Shown one piece after another: positions 1-10,230 of a DNA stretch of 64,000 nt (positions are counted from its first letter, which is position 1; each line of letters starts with the position of its first letter). Location: assembly GCA_965204115.1 (NCBI GenBank), contig OZ241963.1, positions 532,622-596,621 of the forward strand, written 5' to 3'. The notes beneath the pieces were generated by a model. It ran no database searches and was not told the origin of the DNA. It saw nothing but the letters and a program-made list of their open reading frames with translations. The stretch comes from Minisyncoccota bacterium. GTDB taxonomy: Bacteria; Patescibacteriota; Minisyncoccia; Phycocordibacterales; JABAAK01. A program made the translations under genes and the position numbers.

Positions 1-1961
1 GTGTTACGGAAGGTTATGGTTTTGTTGGAGTTTGATCTGACGGCATCTCCGACTGAGAAGTAGCGGGGGTCAGAGATTGGTGGAAGCAGCTGTCCCGGTA
101 AGTTTGTTCGCCTCCGCTGCACATTCTCACACCAGTCACCGTACGACATACGCATATCACGCACATACAGGGAGAGTCCATCAAGCACCTCCCGAAACGG
201 TCTGTCTCGCAGGGTAATACTGAGGTGTCCATCAGGGGAGAGGAGCACCTCTTTGATGTGGTACCTCGTATCCGGATTAGAACCATTCCGCTCCAGGGTG
301 AAAGAGGTAGAACACTCCGTTACCGAGTTACACCCGATACTGCCATCTATCTCTCGGAGTGGTATCTCACCGGTCCAGGGGAAGGTGTAGAGATCCGAGA
401 GTGAAACCGGCTCAAAGACCGGGGTTGCCTGTCCGGTTGCCCATGGACTGTACACATAGACACCGTCTGCGGTAGAGCGAGCGCGTGCACGCACCTGCAC
501 ATCATAGGAGATAAGGTTACGTAATGAGCCGATGGTGGTGCGCATAGGAGCGTCCGCACCGTAAGATATCCCAAAAGATTGGGTTACCCACCCTTGAGCA
601 GGGTTACCGGCACCATCCGCATCAGGAGCGGTACTGCGCTTGTAACGCAGCGTATAGCTGAGTAGTTCTCGGTCGCCGAGTATGGGGGCACCCCAAGAAA
701 CGGCAAGCTTACTCTCTCCGGGGGTAAGCGTAAACGAGGTAGGCGCGGTAAACGGACTACCGTATGCTCTCGTGTCGGTCTGTGTGGCGGACTCTCGGGT
801 GACCGTAACCGTGTAGGTGTTGGTGGTGGTGCCATCCTGCGAGGTAACGACAACATCAATCACGGTATCACCGTCAGTAAGGGCAACACGAGTACTCTCT
901 GAGGAACTGGAATCGGCATCGGTGCGTGTTGCACCTCGCTTGCCTGACTCCGCCATAGGACACCAGCCGGTGTAGGTGAAGCCGTTCGGGCCTTCGTTCG
1001 TGTAGGCACAGGGTCCGGCAAGGGTAAATGACAGTTTCACCGAGGTGACTGAATGACCGACTGAGGTGGTGTATGTGGTGGTGTTTGCGTCAAATGCCGG
1101 TGCAAGCGTCAAAGCCGAAGAAGTACCACGCTTCGTGTAGCCCTGTGCTGATAGGGTGCTCAGACGAGCGTTTGAGGAGAGAGGTCTTCCTTGCACCTCC
1201 TGAGTCCAGGAGCCGTCAGCAGCACGAACGCGTACGGCATAGAGGTCGCCATTCCGCAAGCCGGTAATAGTGTGAGAGGGGGTGGTGCCGGTGTGTCCTG
1301 CATCTCGCCATGAGCGGTAGTTACTGTAGGCGGTACGATCGGTGTTCAAGAAAATCCTACTGTATGCCACATCCCAGTCGGTAGCAGTGCCTACTGCAGC
1401 CCAGGAAACAGCAAGAGAGGTACCGTCAGTACCGGGAGAGACAGAGAGACCGGTAGGTGCTTGCGCAACGGTTGCCGGTGTACTGTCAAGGGTAAGGGTG
1501 TCGCTGTGGGAATACAGTGCGGTGAGGGTATTACCCGCTTGGTCAGAGGCACCGTCAACAACCAATCTGAAGACACCGTTGGTGTTTGAGGCAGTCGTGT
1601 AGCGACAAGTGTACTCACTGGTATCGGTACTGCTCTTTGGTTTACATTCGCCACTTGAAAGGGTGGCATCGTGTGCAACAAGATTGTACCCCGTTGTCGT
1701 GAAGCCAATGAGGTGCCACAGTCGTGGGGTAACAACATTTTCTGAGAACTTCACCTTGGTGTAGATGTCCTGTCCTGCTTTTCGGGTAGAACCGTTAGCA
1801 AGTACCGTTGACAGCGTACTGTCAGCGTAGTACTTGGTTTCTGCGGCAATAACCGTAGGTGGGGTGGTGTCTGATTGTGCTATAGCATTGGCTGCTATGC
1901 CGAGCATAGAAACCGTTGCAATAATAAGTAGTATTGGTAATATAATTGATATTTTTTTCAT
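1..1961 (-). CDS. Secreted surface protein, 5'-partial in window (ATG at 1961..1959). Signal peptide followed by repeated FN3/Ig-like beta-sandwich modules
   Basis: Hand translation of the minus strand from 1961 runs open to the window edge, so it is absent from the ORF track. N-terminus MKKISIILPILLIIATVSMLGIAANAIA. FN3-like motifs include PTGLSVSPGTDGTSLAVSW...YAVRVRA and TYTVTVTR. The protein is T/S-rich. Confidence 0.6.
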   Translation of the reverse strand, partial: MKKISIILPILLIIATVSMLGIAANAIAQSDTTPPTVIAAETKYYADSTLSTVLANGSTRKAGQDIYTKVKFSENVVTPRLWHLIGFTTTGYNLVAHDATLSSGECKPKSSTDTSEYTCRYTTASNTNGVFRLVVDGASDQAGNTLTALYSHSDTLTLDSTPATVAQAPTGLSVSPGTDGTSLAVSWAAVGTATDWDVAYSRIFLNTDRTAYSNYRSWRDAGHTGTTPSHTITGLRNGDLYAVRVRAADGSWTQEVQGRPLSSNARLSTLSAQGYTKRGTSSALTLAPAFDANTTTYTTSVGHSVTSVKLSFTLAGPCAYTNEGPNGFTYTGWCPMAESGKRGATRTDADSSSSESTRVALTDGDTVIDVVVTSQDGTTTNTYTVTVTRESATQTDTRAYGSPFTAPTSFTLTPGESKLAVSWGAPILGDRELLSYTLRYKRSTAPDADGAGNPAQGWVTQSFGISYGADAPMRTTIGSLRNLISYDVQVRARARSTADGVYVYSPWATGQATPVFEPVSLSDLYTFPWTGEIPLREIDGSIGCNSVTECSTSFTLERNGSNPDTRYHIKEVLLSPDGHLSITLRDRPFREVLDGLSLYVRDMRMSYGDWCENVQRRRTNLPGQLLPPISDPRYFSVGDAVRSNSNKTITFRN

Positions 1962-2133
1962 ATGATGTATTTTTAGATACACCATATCCCCGTAACTTTA
2001 CGGATTATAGTATATTATCTACATCCCAATATGTCAAACAAAACAGGTACTATGCAAGGACATATGGCGCATTTTGCGATAAAAATACTCAGTAATGACC
2101 GTATATATGCCTAAAAATTCTTTATTTTGCCCT

Positions 2134-2172
2134 CCCGAAGAAAAAAGCCCGCACTTGTTAGGTGTCGGGCTT
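2134..2172 (-). terminator. Rho-independent terminator: hairpin AAGCCCGCAC/GTGTCGGGCTT followed by a TTTTTTCTTC run on the minus strand
   Basis: About 10-bp GC-rich stem with one bulge and a 7-nt loop, then a 6-U run read on the minus strand. Sits immediately 3' of the small ORF at 2187..2318. Confidence 0.5.
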
Positions 2173-2186
2173 GTTAGTGGTGGTTG

Positions 2187-2318
2187 TTAGTTTCCATCCT
2201 TAATACCTCTTTTTCTTCGTTTTTGCAGGTGCATTTGTAAGCACTTTGCTACAAAAACGACTGTTGCCACGGTGCAGGTGGCGATGACCAATAGTGGCAT
2301 TACTAGTTGCATTGACAT
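2187..2318 (-). CDS. Small 43-aa protein MSMQLVMPLLVIATCTVATVVFVAKCLQMHLQKRRKRGIKDGN: one predicted TM helix plus a basic tail, small membrane protein or type-I-toxin-like
   Basis: ATG at 2318..2316 is preceded by SD GGAGGTG at 2332..2326 with 7-nt spacing. A TACAAT -10-like box lies upstream. TAA stop is at 2189..2187 and an intrinsic terminator follows 15 nt downstream. Below the 60-aa cutoff of the ORF track. Confidence 0.45.
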   Translation of the reverse strand: MSMQLVMPLLVIATCTVATVVFVAKCLQMHLQKRRKRGIKDGN

Positions 2319-2428
2319 ACTATTTCACCTCCATTTGTATTGTACATCAATATTTGCTTTTTTAGGAGAGGTGGGGTATAGCTTTTTTCATTTTTTGCTG
2401 TTTTGCGTGCTGTATACTGTTTTTATGT

Positions 2429-5122
2429 ATGATTGCCGCTCTGAAGAAGAAGAAAATACCCAGCAGTGTGTCTAAGAAGCGGGGCGTTGGGGCAGTAAAA
2501 AAGAAAACTTCATCAAAATTTGCCGCCAAGGGAAAGGTCGGTGGTGATAGCGATTGGATACGGGTGCGCGGTGCGTCCACGCATAATTTGAAACAGATTG
2601 ATGTTGATATTCCGCGGAATACGATGACGGTGTGTACGGGGCTATCGGGTTCCGGGAAGTCGTCATTGGCGTTTGATACCATTTTTGCAGAGGGGCAGCG
2701 GCGGTATGTTGAGTCGTTGTCGGCGTATGCACGGCAGTTTTTGCGGCAGATGCAGAAGCCGGAAGTGCGGGAAATTACCGGATTGTCGCCTGCTATTTCT
2801 ATTGATCAAAAAAGCCGTTCTAATAATCCGCGGTCTACCGTCGCGACGATTACGGAGACCTACGATTACCTGCGGGTGTTGTTTTCTCGGGTTGGGGTGC
2901 CGTGTTGTCCGACCTGCGACACGGTGATTGAGCGAGTGTCGCAGGAGGAGATTGTGAAGCGGCTTGATAAGAAGATACAGCAGGAGAAGTGGTTTGAGAA
3001 GAACACGAAGGTAGTCGGTGTGCCGTATAATGATCGGGCGATTTCAATTTTTGCGCCGGTGGTGGTCGGGCGAAAGGGTGAGTACTATCAGCTGCTGTAT
3101 GATATGTTGCGTAAAGGGTACGAGCGGGCGCGGATTGACGGGGAAGAGTATAGTTTGCGGAATCGGATCACGCTTTCCAAAAACAAAAAGCACAATATTG
3201 ATATTTTCGTTGACTCGTTGTACCTGAGTGACTATGCGAAAGATCCGAAAGTGTTTCGTGAGCGAGTGTCTGATGCGGTTGAGCGGTCGCTGCATGAGGC
3301 GGACGGGCTGGTGCGGTTCGGGTATCCGGACGGTACTGATGCACTGGTGTCATCGCGGTTTTTGTGTCCGAAGTGCGGGTTTTCGTTTCCGGAGATTGAG
3401 CCGCGATTGTTTTCATTTAACTCACCGTACGGAGCATGTGAGGTGTGTAATGGGCTGGGACAGATTGATATGATTGATGACTCCGAGTGTTCTGCGTGTG
3501 AGGGCGGGCGTTTGCGGCCGGAGGCACTGCAGGTATTTTTACTGGACAAAAAAGGCGAGCGATTCAACATCAACACGATTATCGGGATGACCATTACCGA
3601 TGCATTAGCGTTTTTTGACGGGCTGCAGGTGACAAAGCAGCAGCAGGAGATTGTGGAGCCGCTGTTTAATGAGATTGTCGGGCGGATTTCATTTTTAGCG
3701 GATGTGGGGCTGGAGTACATGACGCTGGATCGGCGGGCAAACACGCTTTCCGGTGGAGAGGCGCAGCGGATACGGCTTGCCTCGCAGCTCGGGTCGGGGC
3801 TGGTCGGGGCGTTGTATGTGCTGGATGAGCCGACGATCGGCTTGCATCAGCGGGATAACGATCGGTTGATACAAACCCTGACGCGGCTGCGGGATTTGGG
3901 GAACACCATTATTGTCGTTGAGCATGATGAGGATACTATTTTTGCGTCTGACTACCTCGTTGACATCGGTCCCGGGGCGGGGAAGCATGGTGGCGAGGTG
4001 GTGGTGTCGGGCTTTCTTGAGTCGCTGCTGTCGGCGAAGCGGAATTCGTCCGGGTCACTGACTTTGTCGTACTTGCGGGGTGAGCGGCGGATTGAGGTTC
4101 CGGACAGGCGGCGGAATACGCAGGCGGGGCGGTTGGTGCTTACGGGTGCGTCGGCGAATAATATAAAAAATATGACGGTTGAGATTCCGCTCGGGCGTAT
4201 CACAACTATTACCGGCGTTTCCGGGTCGGGTAAATCAACACTGCTGTATGATTTGGTGTATAAGAATTTGCGGCATAAGCTGGAAAGGCGGCTGACGGTG
4301 GCGAAAGCATTTAACGCTAATCGATTCACAGGGTATGAGCATTTGAGTCGGGTGGTGTTGGTTGATCAATCGCCGATTGGGCGGACACCGCGCTCCACGC
4401 CGGTGACCTATGTCGGTGCGTTCACGCATATTCGGGACCTCTTTGCCTACACCGAGGAGGCGCGGTATCGCGGGTGGAAGCCGGGGCGGTTTTCGTTTAA
4501 TGTGTCAGGCGGGCGGTGTGAGAAGTGTCAGGGGAACGGGTCGGTGGCGGTTGAGATGCACTTTTTGCCGACCGTGCATGTGCTGTGTGATATGTGTTTC
4601 GGGAAGCGGTATACCAAGGAGGTGCTGGGTATACAGTATCGGGGGAAGAGTATTTATGATGTTTTGGCTATGCCGGTGGAAGAGTCCGTGCAATTTTTTC
4701 ACGACATACCGGCAATCCATGATCGATTGCGGACTTTGGAGGATGTGGGGCTCGGGTATTTGGAGCTCGGGCAGCCATCCACGACGCTTTCTGGCGGAGA
4801 AGCGCAGCGGGTGAAAATTGCCTCTGAGTTGTATCGCCCGAACACCTACAAGACGATATACCTGCTGGATGAGCCGACGGTCGGGCTGCATTATGAGGAT
4901 GTGGCGCGGTTGATAGCGATACTGAATCAGTTGGTTGATCGCGGGAACACGGTGTTGCTCATCGAGCATAACCTTGATGTGATTAAGTGCTCTGACTATG
5001 TTATTGATATCGGTCCGGAAGGGGGCTTGCGGGGCGGCACTGTCGTGGCGAAAGGCACGCCGGAGCAGGTGGCGAATGTCAAGGAGAGCCACACGGGGAA
5101 GTATTTGAAAAGGGTGTTGTAG
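2429..5122 (+). CDS. uvrA: Excinuclease ABC subunit A (UvrA) with a lysine-rich N-terminal extension of about 40 aa
   Basis: Two ABC ATPase modules: GLSGSGKSSLAFDTI and GVSGSGKSTL Walker A, plus LSGGE signatures. Zn-finger motifs CPTCD, CPKCG, CEVCNG and CEKCQGNG. 897 aa. Confidence 0.95.
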   Translation: MIAALKKKKIPSSVSKKRGVGAVKKKTSSKFAAKGKVGGDSDWIRVRGASTHNLKQIDVDIPRNTMTVCTGLSGSGKSSLAFDTIFAEGQRRYVESLSAYARQFLRQMQKPEVREITGLSPAISIDQKSRSNNPRSTVATITETYDYLRVLFSRVGVPCCPTCDTVIERVSQEEIVKRLDKKIQQEKWFEKNTKVVGVPYNDRAISIFAPVVVGRKGEYYQLLYDMLRKGYERARIDGEEYSLRNRITLSKNKKHNIDIFVDSLYLSDYAKDPKVFRERVSDAVERSLHEADGLVRFGYPDGTDALVSSRFLCPKCGFSFPEIEPRLFSFNSPYGACEVCNGLGQIDMIDDSECSACEGGRLRPEALQVFLLDKKGERFNINTIIGMTITDALAFFDGLQVTKQQQEIVEPLFNEIVGRISFLADVGLEYMTLDRRANTLSGGEAQRIRLASQLGSGLVGALYVLDEPTIGLHQRDNDRLIQTLTRLRDLGNTIIVVEHDEDTIFASDYLVDIGPGAGKHGGEVVVSGFLESLLSAKRNSSGSLTLSYLRGERRIEVPDRRRNTQAGRLVLTGASANNIKNMTVEIPLGRITTITGVSGSGKSTLLYDLVYKNLRHKLERRLTVAKAFNANRFTGYEHLSRVVLVDQSPIGRTPRSTPVTYVGAFTHIRDLFAYTEEARYRGWKPGRFSFNVSGGRCEKCQGNGSVAVEMHFLPTVHVLCDMCFGKRYTKEVLGIQYRGKSIYDVLAMPVEESVQFFHDIPAIHDRLRTLEDVGLGYLELGQPSTTLSGGEAQRVKIASELYRPNTYKTIYLLDEPTVGLHYEDVARLIAILNQLVDRGNTVLLIEHNLDVIKCSDYVIDIGPEGGLRGGTVVAKGTPEQVANVKESHTGKYLKRVL

Positions 5123-5249
5123 TTTTGTGGTACCGCTTTTTCATTGTCCTGTCGTGTTTTGTTGCGCTTGCGCAAAAAAGTTTTTCTTCACTTCGGTGTT
5201 TCTATTGTATTATACAGGTTAGACACTGTGTTCTAAGGAGGTGTGTGTG

Positions 5250-5519
5250 ATGGATGAGAATTCCGTTGCCGCTGCGGAAATATTTTTAATCGGGGAGCTG
5301 TCCCTGACCATACAGGATATTTCTCCCAGAAGTATCCCGAATGTTGTTGCTTCAGTGAAGAGTGCTGTTGCAAATTACCTGAAGGAGCACAATCTTTCTC
5401 TTCCTCTGAAAGTGCGTGGTGACTTGGAACGAGAGATCATCTTTGCTCTTATTGCCAGATCCGGACTTTCCCCCCGTGCTTTATCGGTAGTTGAGGACGC
5501 TGTGCTGGGTATTATATAG
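5250..5519 (+). CDS. Hypothetical 89-aa protein (MDENSVAAAEIFLIGELSL...)
   Basis: Strong SD AAGGAGG at 5235..5241, 8 nt before ATG 5250. Followed by an intrinsic terminator. No recognisable domain. Confidence 0.5.
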   Translation: MDENSVAAAEIFLIGELSLTIQDISPRSIPNVVASVKSAVANYLKEHNLSLPLKVRGDLEREIIFALIARSGLSPRALSVVEDAVLGII

Positions 5520-5546
5520 TAGTTTTCATTCACCCTGAGTTGTCGG

Positions 5547-5588
5547 GTGGCGGTGATACTTATTGTGTTGCCGCCGCTTTTTTATTTG
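5547..5588 (+). terminator. Rho-independent terminator after the small gene
   Basis: GTGGCGG...CCGCCGC 7-bp stem (one G.U) followed by CTTTTTTTATTTG. Confidence 0.45.
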
Positions 5589-5692
5589 TTACAGGGCGGT
5601 TCTCGTCTATGGCGGAGCAGTTTTTTGACACCTTCGTTCTACTGTTGTCTCATTCGCGCTGTTTTAGGAGGTGATTTTGTCCACGATTGTTC

Positions 5693-5721
5693 TTGACGAG
5701 GGAATATAAGCAGGTTACTAT
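5693..5721 (+). promoter_or_regulatory. Sigma70-like promoter for tuf: TTGACG, 17-nt spacer, TACTAT
   Basis: -35 TTGACG at 5693..5698, 17-nt spacer, -10 TACTAT at 5716..5721, about 175 nt upstream of the tuf ATG. Confidence 0.4.
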
Positions 5722-5895
5722 ATATAGTGTCGTGTGAACGACAGTAGTGCATCTGGCTCTTTTTTGCACATTGCTCCGTACTCGCAAAGCGAAATTCAAT
5801 TCGTTTTGCTCCTGTTGGTTGTTTGTGGAGCGGTGAGGTTATTGTGGCGGAAGGCGAAAAATCCCTGATTGCAGTTAATTATTCATATACAGAAA

Positions 5896-7095
5896 AGAAA
5901 TACTATGGCAGAAATGTTTGATAGAAGTAAACCCCATGTCAATGTGGGAACGATTGGTCATGTTGACCACGGAAAAACCACGCTGACCGCGGCTATTTTG
6001 AATGTGTTGGACAATGCGGAGGGGTACAGCGCGCGCGTGAAGAATGTTGAGGGTATTGATAACGCGCCTGAAGAAAAGGCGCGTGGTATCACCATTGCGC
6101 TATCGCACAACGAGTACGAGACTCCGAAGCGGCACTATGCCCATGTGGACGCACCCGGACACGCCGACTATATTAAGAACATGATTACCGGTGCAGCGCA
6201 GATGGACGGTGCGGTTATTGTGGTTGCGGCGACAGATGGGGCGATGCCGCAGACAAAGGAGCACATCCTGCTTGCGCGGCAGGTTGGTGTGCCGAGTTTG
6301 ATTGTGTTTATCAATAAATGTGATATGGTTGATGATGAGGAGATTATTGAGCTGGTTGAGGCAGAGATGCGGGAGTTGCTGAGCAAGTATGAGTTTGACG
6401 GTGATAATACACCGGTTATTCGCGGTTCCGCTCTGAAGGCGCTTGAGGATCCGAGTGGTGAGCACGGACAGAAGGTGTTGGAGCTGGTGAATACTATGGA
6501 CGAATACTTTCCGGAGCCGAAGCGAGAGATGGACAAGCCATTTCTCATGCCGATTGAGGACATCTTCTCTATTGAGGGACGAGGTTCTGTGGTGACCGGT
6601 AAGATTGAGCGCGGTATTGTGAAAGTGAACGAAGAGATTGAGATTGTCGGTATTAAAGAGACCGAAAAGACGACGGTTACCGGGGTGGAAATGTTTAACA
6701 AGCAGCTGGAAGAGGGGCAGGCGGGAGATAACGCCGGTATCCTTCTTCGTGGTGTGAAGAAAGAGGATATCCACCGCGGGCAAGTGCTTGCGAAGACGGG
6801 AACGGTAACGCCGCATAAGGAATTTGAGGCAGAGATTTATATTCTCTCCAAAGATGAAGGTGGAAGGCACACGCCGATTCTGAACGGCTACAAGCCGCAG
6901 TTTTACATCAGGACGACTGATGTGACCGGTGAGTTGAAATTGCCGGATGGTACTGAAATGGCAATGCCCGGCGACACCATTAAGTCGACTATCTCGCTGA
7001 TTAATGCGGTTGCCCTTGAAGAGCAGCAGCGGTTTGCTATTCGTGAGGGTGGGAAAACAGTTGGTGCGGGAGTGGTAACAAAAATACTATCCTAA
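5896..7095 (+). CDS. tuf: Elongation factor Tu
   Basis: [35 protein letters not shown] and NKCD motifs. ORF-track start 5869 is a TTG; ATG at 5896 matches the canonical EF-Tu N-terminus. Confidence 0.97.
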   Translation, partial: RNTMAEMFDRSKPHVNVGTIGHVDHGKTTLTAAILNVLDNAEGYSARVKNVEGIDNAPEEKARGITIALSHNEYETPKRHYAHVDAPGHADYIKNMITGAAQMDGAVIVVAATDGAMPQTKEHILLARQVGVPSLIVFINKCDMVDDEEIIELVEAEMRELLSKYEFDGDNTPVIRGSALKALEDPSGEHGQKVLELVNTMDEYFPEPKREMDKPFLMPIEDIFSIEGRGSVVTGKIERGIVKVNEEIEIVGIKETEKTTVTGVEMFNKQLEEGQAGDNAGILLRGVKKEDIHRGQVLAKTGTVTPHKEFEAEIYILSKDEGGRHTPILNGYKPQFYIRTTDVTGELKLPDGTEMAMPGDTIKSTISLINAVALEEQQRFAIREGGKTVGAGVVTKILS

Positions 7096-7133
7096 TCTCT
7101 GTTCTCTTATTATTAACATAGGATTATAATAGT

Positions 7134-7478
7134 ATGGCGAATACCAAAAAGCCCGCAAAAGGGTCGCATATTAACAAGTTACGCATTCGTGTACAGGCGT
7201 ACGAACCGAGGATATTGGATTCTTCTGTGAAGCAGATTATTGAGACGGCAACGCGGCTTGAGACAGAAATCGCCGGTCCCATTCCGCTTCCGACCAAGAT
7301 CAAGAAGCATTCGGTTAATCGGGCTTCATTCATCTACAAATCTTCTCAGGAACAATTTGAGATGCGTACACATACCCGTCTCATTGACATCAAGCACCCA
7401 TCACCACAGGTGATCGAGGCGCTCAGCAACCTTTCGTTGCCGGCCGGAGTGTCTATTGAGGCACAAATGCTTACCTAA
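7134..7478 (+). CDS. rpsJ: 30S ribosomal protein S10
   Basis: IRIRVQAYEP...ETATRLETEIAGPIPLPT is the S10 signature. Sits at the operon head after tuf. Confidence 0.95.
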   Translation: MANTKKPAKGSHINKLRIRVQAYEPRILDSSVKQIIETATRLETEIAGPIPLPTKIKKHSVNRASFIYKSSQEQFEMRTHTRLIDIKHPSPQVIEALSNLSLPAGVSIEAQMLT

Positions 7479-7509
7479 GCAACACCTCTTATTACCCACC
7501 ACTAACTAT

Positions 7510-8073
7510 ATGAAATTCGCATTAGGCAGAAAATTACAAATGACGCAGCTGTTTGATGAAGACGGTATGGTGCAGCCCGTGACGGTTGTCGCGCTTGAGC
7601 CGTTGGAGGTTTCGATGTGCCGCACCACTGACCGTGACGGGTATGAGGCGGTGCAGGTGCGGTACGGTGATGGGAAGCAGCAGCAGCGAAAAAAGGAGTT
7701 CAGAGGTGACTCCTCGGCGTATGAAGTCGGCAAGCCGGTGGATAGTGCTGAGGCGTTCAGCCCCGGTGATGTGGTGCGTGTGAGTGCCACCTCGAAAGGG
7801 AAGGGGTTTCAGGGTGTGGTGAAGCGGTACGGGTTTGCCGGCGGACCGCGGACACACGGACAGAAGCATAATGAGCGGTCACCCGGGTCTATCGGTTCCG
7901 GACTCCGTAACCGTGTGCCGAGAGGTACTAAAATGCCCGGCAGGGTGGGTAACGACCGGGTTACCATCCGCGGAACGCAGGTGGTTTCCATTGATAAGGA
8001 CCGTGGTTTGCTGTTGCTGCATGGCTCCATTCCCGGCAGACGAGGTACTCTCGTAGAAATTCAAGGCGTATGA
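7510..8073 (+). CDS. rplC: 50S ribosomal protein L3
   Basis: MKFALGRKLQMTQLFDEDG...SKGKGFQGVVKRYGF; start chosen at the internal ATG (ORF track 7456). Confidence 0.95.
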   Translation: MKFALGRKLQMTQLFDEDGMVQPVTVVALEPLEVSMCRTTDRDGYEAVQVRYGDGKQQQRKKEFRGDSSAYEVGKPVDSAEAFSPGDVVRVSATSKGKGFQGVVKRYGFAGGPRTHGQKHNERSPGSIGSGLRNRVPRGTKMPGRVGNDRVTIRGTQVVSIDKDRGLLLLHGSIPGRRGTLVEIQGV

Positions 8074-8768
8074 TAGAAGCACCACTCTACAAACAGGATG
8101 GGAGCAAAAAAGGCATGGTTCAGCTTCCGGAGCCGCTGTTTACGCTTGCGTGGTCTGACGCGCTGGTGCATCAGGTGGTGACCGGCATCGCGAGCAATCA
8201 GCGATCTGCGACGGCGCATGCAAAAATGCGGTCGGCGGTTCAGGGTGGCGGTCGGAAGCCGTGGCGGCAGAAGGGAACCGGTCGCGCGCGGCACGGCTCT
8301 ATCAGATCGCCGTTGTGGGTTGGTGGTGGTGTTACTTTTGGTCCGAGCAGGGACAAGAACTATACCAAGTCAATTAATAAAAAGGTGCGTGTGAAGGCGT
8401 TTTTCACCGTGTTGTCTCAGAAGTTGCGCGCTGATGCGATCGCCTTTATTGATGACCTCGCGGTGGAAAAGCCCTCCACGAAAGCTATGGCGGCTTGTGT
8501 TGAGAAAGTGTGCGGTGAATCGGCGGACAAACGGAAGAATGTCTGCACCATAGTGTTTTCAGAGCGTGATGAGGCATTACGGAAGAGTTTTGCGAATATA
8601 TCAGGTGTGGACACGGTCGCGCTGGAGGCGTTTAATACACAGGATGCACTGCGTGCCCGAAAGATTCTTTTTGTCGGCTCTGAAAAAACGATTGACTACC
8701 TGCAGGATCGCGGCAGTGCGGTCGGGAAGCAGGAGCAAAAGCAGGGTGGTATACCGGTAGGCGTATGA
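8070..8768 (+). CDS. rplD: 50S ribosomal protein L4
   Basis: ATGA overlap with rpl[16 protein letters not shown] motif. Confidence 0.9.
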   Translation: MIEAPLYKQDGSKKGMVQLPEPLFTLAWSDALVHQVVTGIASNQRSATAHAKMRSAVQGGGRKPWRQKGTGRARHGSIRSPLWVGGGVTFGPSRDKNYTKSINKKVRVKAFFTVLSQKLRADAIAFIDDLAVEKPSTKAMAACVEKVCGESADKRKNVCTIVFSERDEALRKSFANISGVDTVALEAFNTQDALRARKILFVGSEKTIDYLQDRGSAVGKQEQKQGGIPVGV

Positions 8769-9319
8769 TTTTAGGTAAACTATTCAAAAAAAAGCAGGAC
8801 ACCGCGGCGGATCAGCCGGACGAGACGCAAGATACTGCTGTGCAGGTGGATGCACTGCCGCAGGAGTATCGTGGTGATGTGCGACCACTTGCTGAAAAGG
8901 CCGTGAAGAAAACAAAGGCGGATAAAACGAATACTGTGCTGCGCAAGCAGTATAAGCAGCGCACAAACAGGAAAGTGCATACCAAGCGTTCGTTTCATCG
9001 TCCGCCCCGAAAGACGGTCGGAGAACAGGTGAACATTTATGATATTATTGATCGACCGCTTATTACCGAGAAAGCGGCGAATCAATCGGAGCGAGGTGTG
9101 TATGCGTTTCTTGTTCAGGATCGGGCGAATAAGTACAGCGTTGCTGATGCCATTGAGGCGTTGTACGGTGTGCGACCGAAAAAAGTGCGCATAGCGAAAC
9201 GACCGTCAAAGCGGAAGCGGCTTCGTGTTGCTGGTAAGGAACGGGAATATGGCATGACGGCGCAGAAGAAAAAGGCGTATGTATTTTTACGGGAGGGAGA
9301 TACTATTAAATTAAGTTAG
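8765..9319 (+). CDS. rplW: 50S ribosomal protein L23 with an unusual basic N-terminal extension of about 90 aa
   Basis: The L23 core (NIYDIIDRPLITEKA...) occupies only the C-terminal ~95 aa of a 184-aa ORF. ATGA overlap with rplD. Confidence 0.85.
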   Translation: MILGKLFKKKQDTAADQPDETQDTAVQVDALPQEYRGDVRPLAEKAVKKTKADKTNTVLRKQYKQRTNRKVHTKRSFHRPPRKTVGEQVNIYDIIDRPLITEKAANQSERGVYAFLVQDRANKYSVADAIEALYGVRPKKVRIAKRPSKRKRLRVAGKEREYGMTAQKKKAYVFLREGDTIKLS

Positions 9320-9324
9320 AGCGT

Positions 9325-10188
9325 ATGGCAGCAACAAGAGTAAAAAAGTATAAACCAAAGACACCTGGACTGCGCGGTACGATATTGCCGTTGTATCGGT
9401 CGTTGCTTTCGCAGGGCAATAAGCCGCATCGCAAGTTGACCCGAGGAAGGAGCCGTTCTGTCGGCAGGAACAGCAAGGGGCGTATTACCACTCGCCATAA
9501 AGGCGGCGGTCATAAGCGATTGCATCGTGATATTGATTTCCTGCGGAATAAGTTTGATATTCCCTCGAAGGTAGAGTCGGTGGAGTATGATCCGAATCGT
9601 TCGTCATTTATTTCGCTGGTGTGCTATCGGGACGGTGAGCGGCGGTATGTTTTGACGCCGGACGGTGTTGCGGTAGGAGATACCCTGGTGACGGCAGAGA
9701 AAGCGCCGCTGAAGCCGGGCAATAGGATGATGCTGCGGAACATTCCGGTCGGTACGCCTATTTATAATATTGAGATAAAGATGAACGGCGGCGGAAAGAT
9801 AGCGCGGTCTGCCGGGAATGCGGCAACCCTGCTCGGGTATGATGCATCTTTTGCGCACATTAAGCTGCCGTCTCAGGAGGTGCGTAAGGTGCCGGCCTCG
9901 TGCTTTGCGTCAATCGGTACTGCCGGTAATAAAGAGCACCACCTGCGGGTTGTCGGAAAAGCCGGACGGAGCCGCTGGATGGGGAAACGACCAACTGTTC
10001 GCGGGAGCGCTATGAATGCTGCTGATCACCCGTATGGTGGCGGTGAGGGAAAGCAAGGGCGGGGGCGAAGACGGGCGGTGACCAAGTGGGGTAAGCCGTC
10101 AGGAAAGGGGCAAAAAACAAGGAAACCCAAGCACTATTCAAATGCACACATTGTCAGAAGGCGGCAGTTGGTGAAACGAGGTGTTTGA
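9325..10188 (+). CDS. rplB: 50S ribosomal protein L2
   Basis: SARGVVTQ...GGGEGKQ, L2 core with a basic C-terminal tail. Confidence 0.95.
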   Translation: MAATRVKKYKPKTPGLRGTILPLYRSLLSQGNKPHRKLTRGRSRSVGRNSKGRITTRHKGGGHKRLHRDIDFLRNKFDIPSKVESVEYDPNRSSFISLVCYRDGERRYVLTPDGVAVGDTLVTAEKAPLKPGNRMMLRNIPVGTPIYNIEIKMNGGGKIARSAGNAATLLGYDASFAHIKLPSQEVRKVPASCFASIGTAGNKEHHLRVVGKAGRSRWMGKRPTVRGSAMNAADHPYGGGEGKQGRGRRRAVTKWGKPSGKGQKTRKPKHYSNAHIVRRRQLVKRGV

Positions 10189-10230
10189 CCTGTGTGAAAA
10201 ATGCGGGTACTATAGTATTACTACCAGTAT

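Noticed and set aside
2362-2682. Minus-strand ORF of 106 aa overlapping the uvrA start
   Set aside because: Antisense to a well-supported uvrA; low-complexity composition; no RBS.
3232-5092. Several 100-200-aa minus-strand ORFs within uvrA
   Set aside because: Fully contained antisense to uvrA; no independent signals.
6100-6870. Minus-strand ORFs of 256 and 177 aa inside tuf
   Set aside because: Antisense shadow ORFs of the highly expressed tuf gene, typical of GC-biased third positions.
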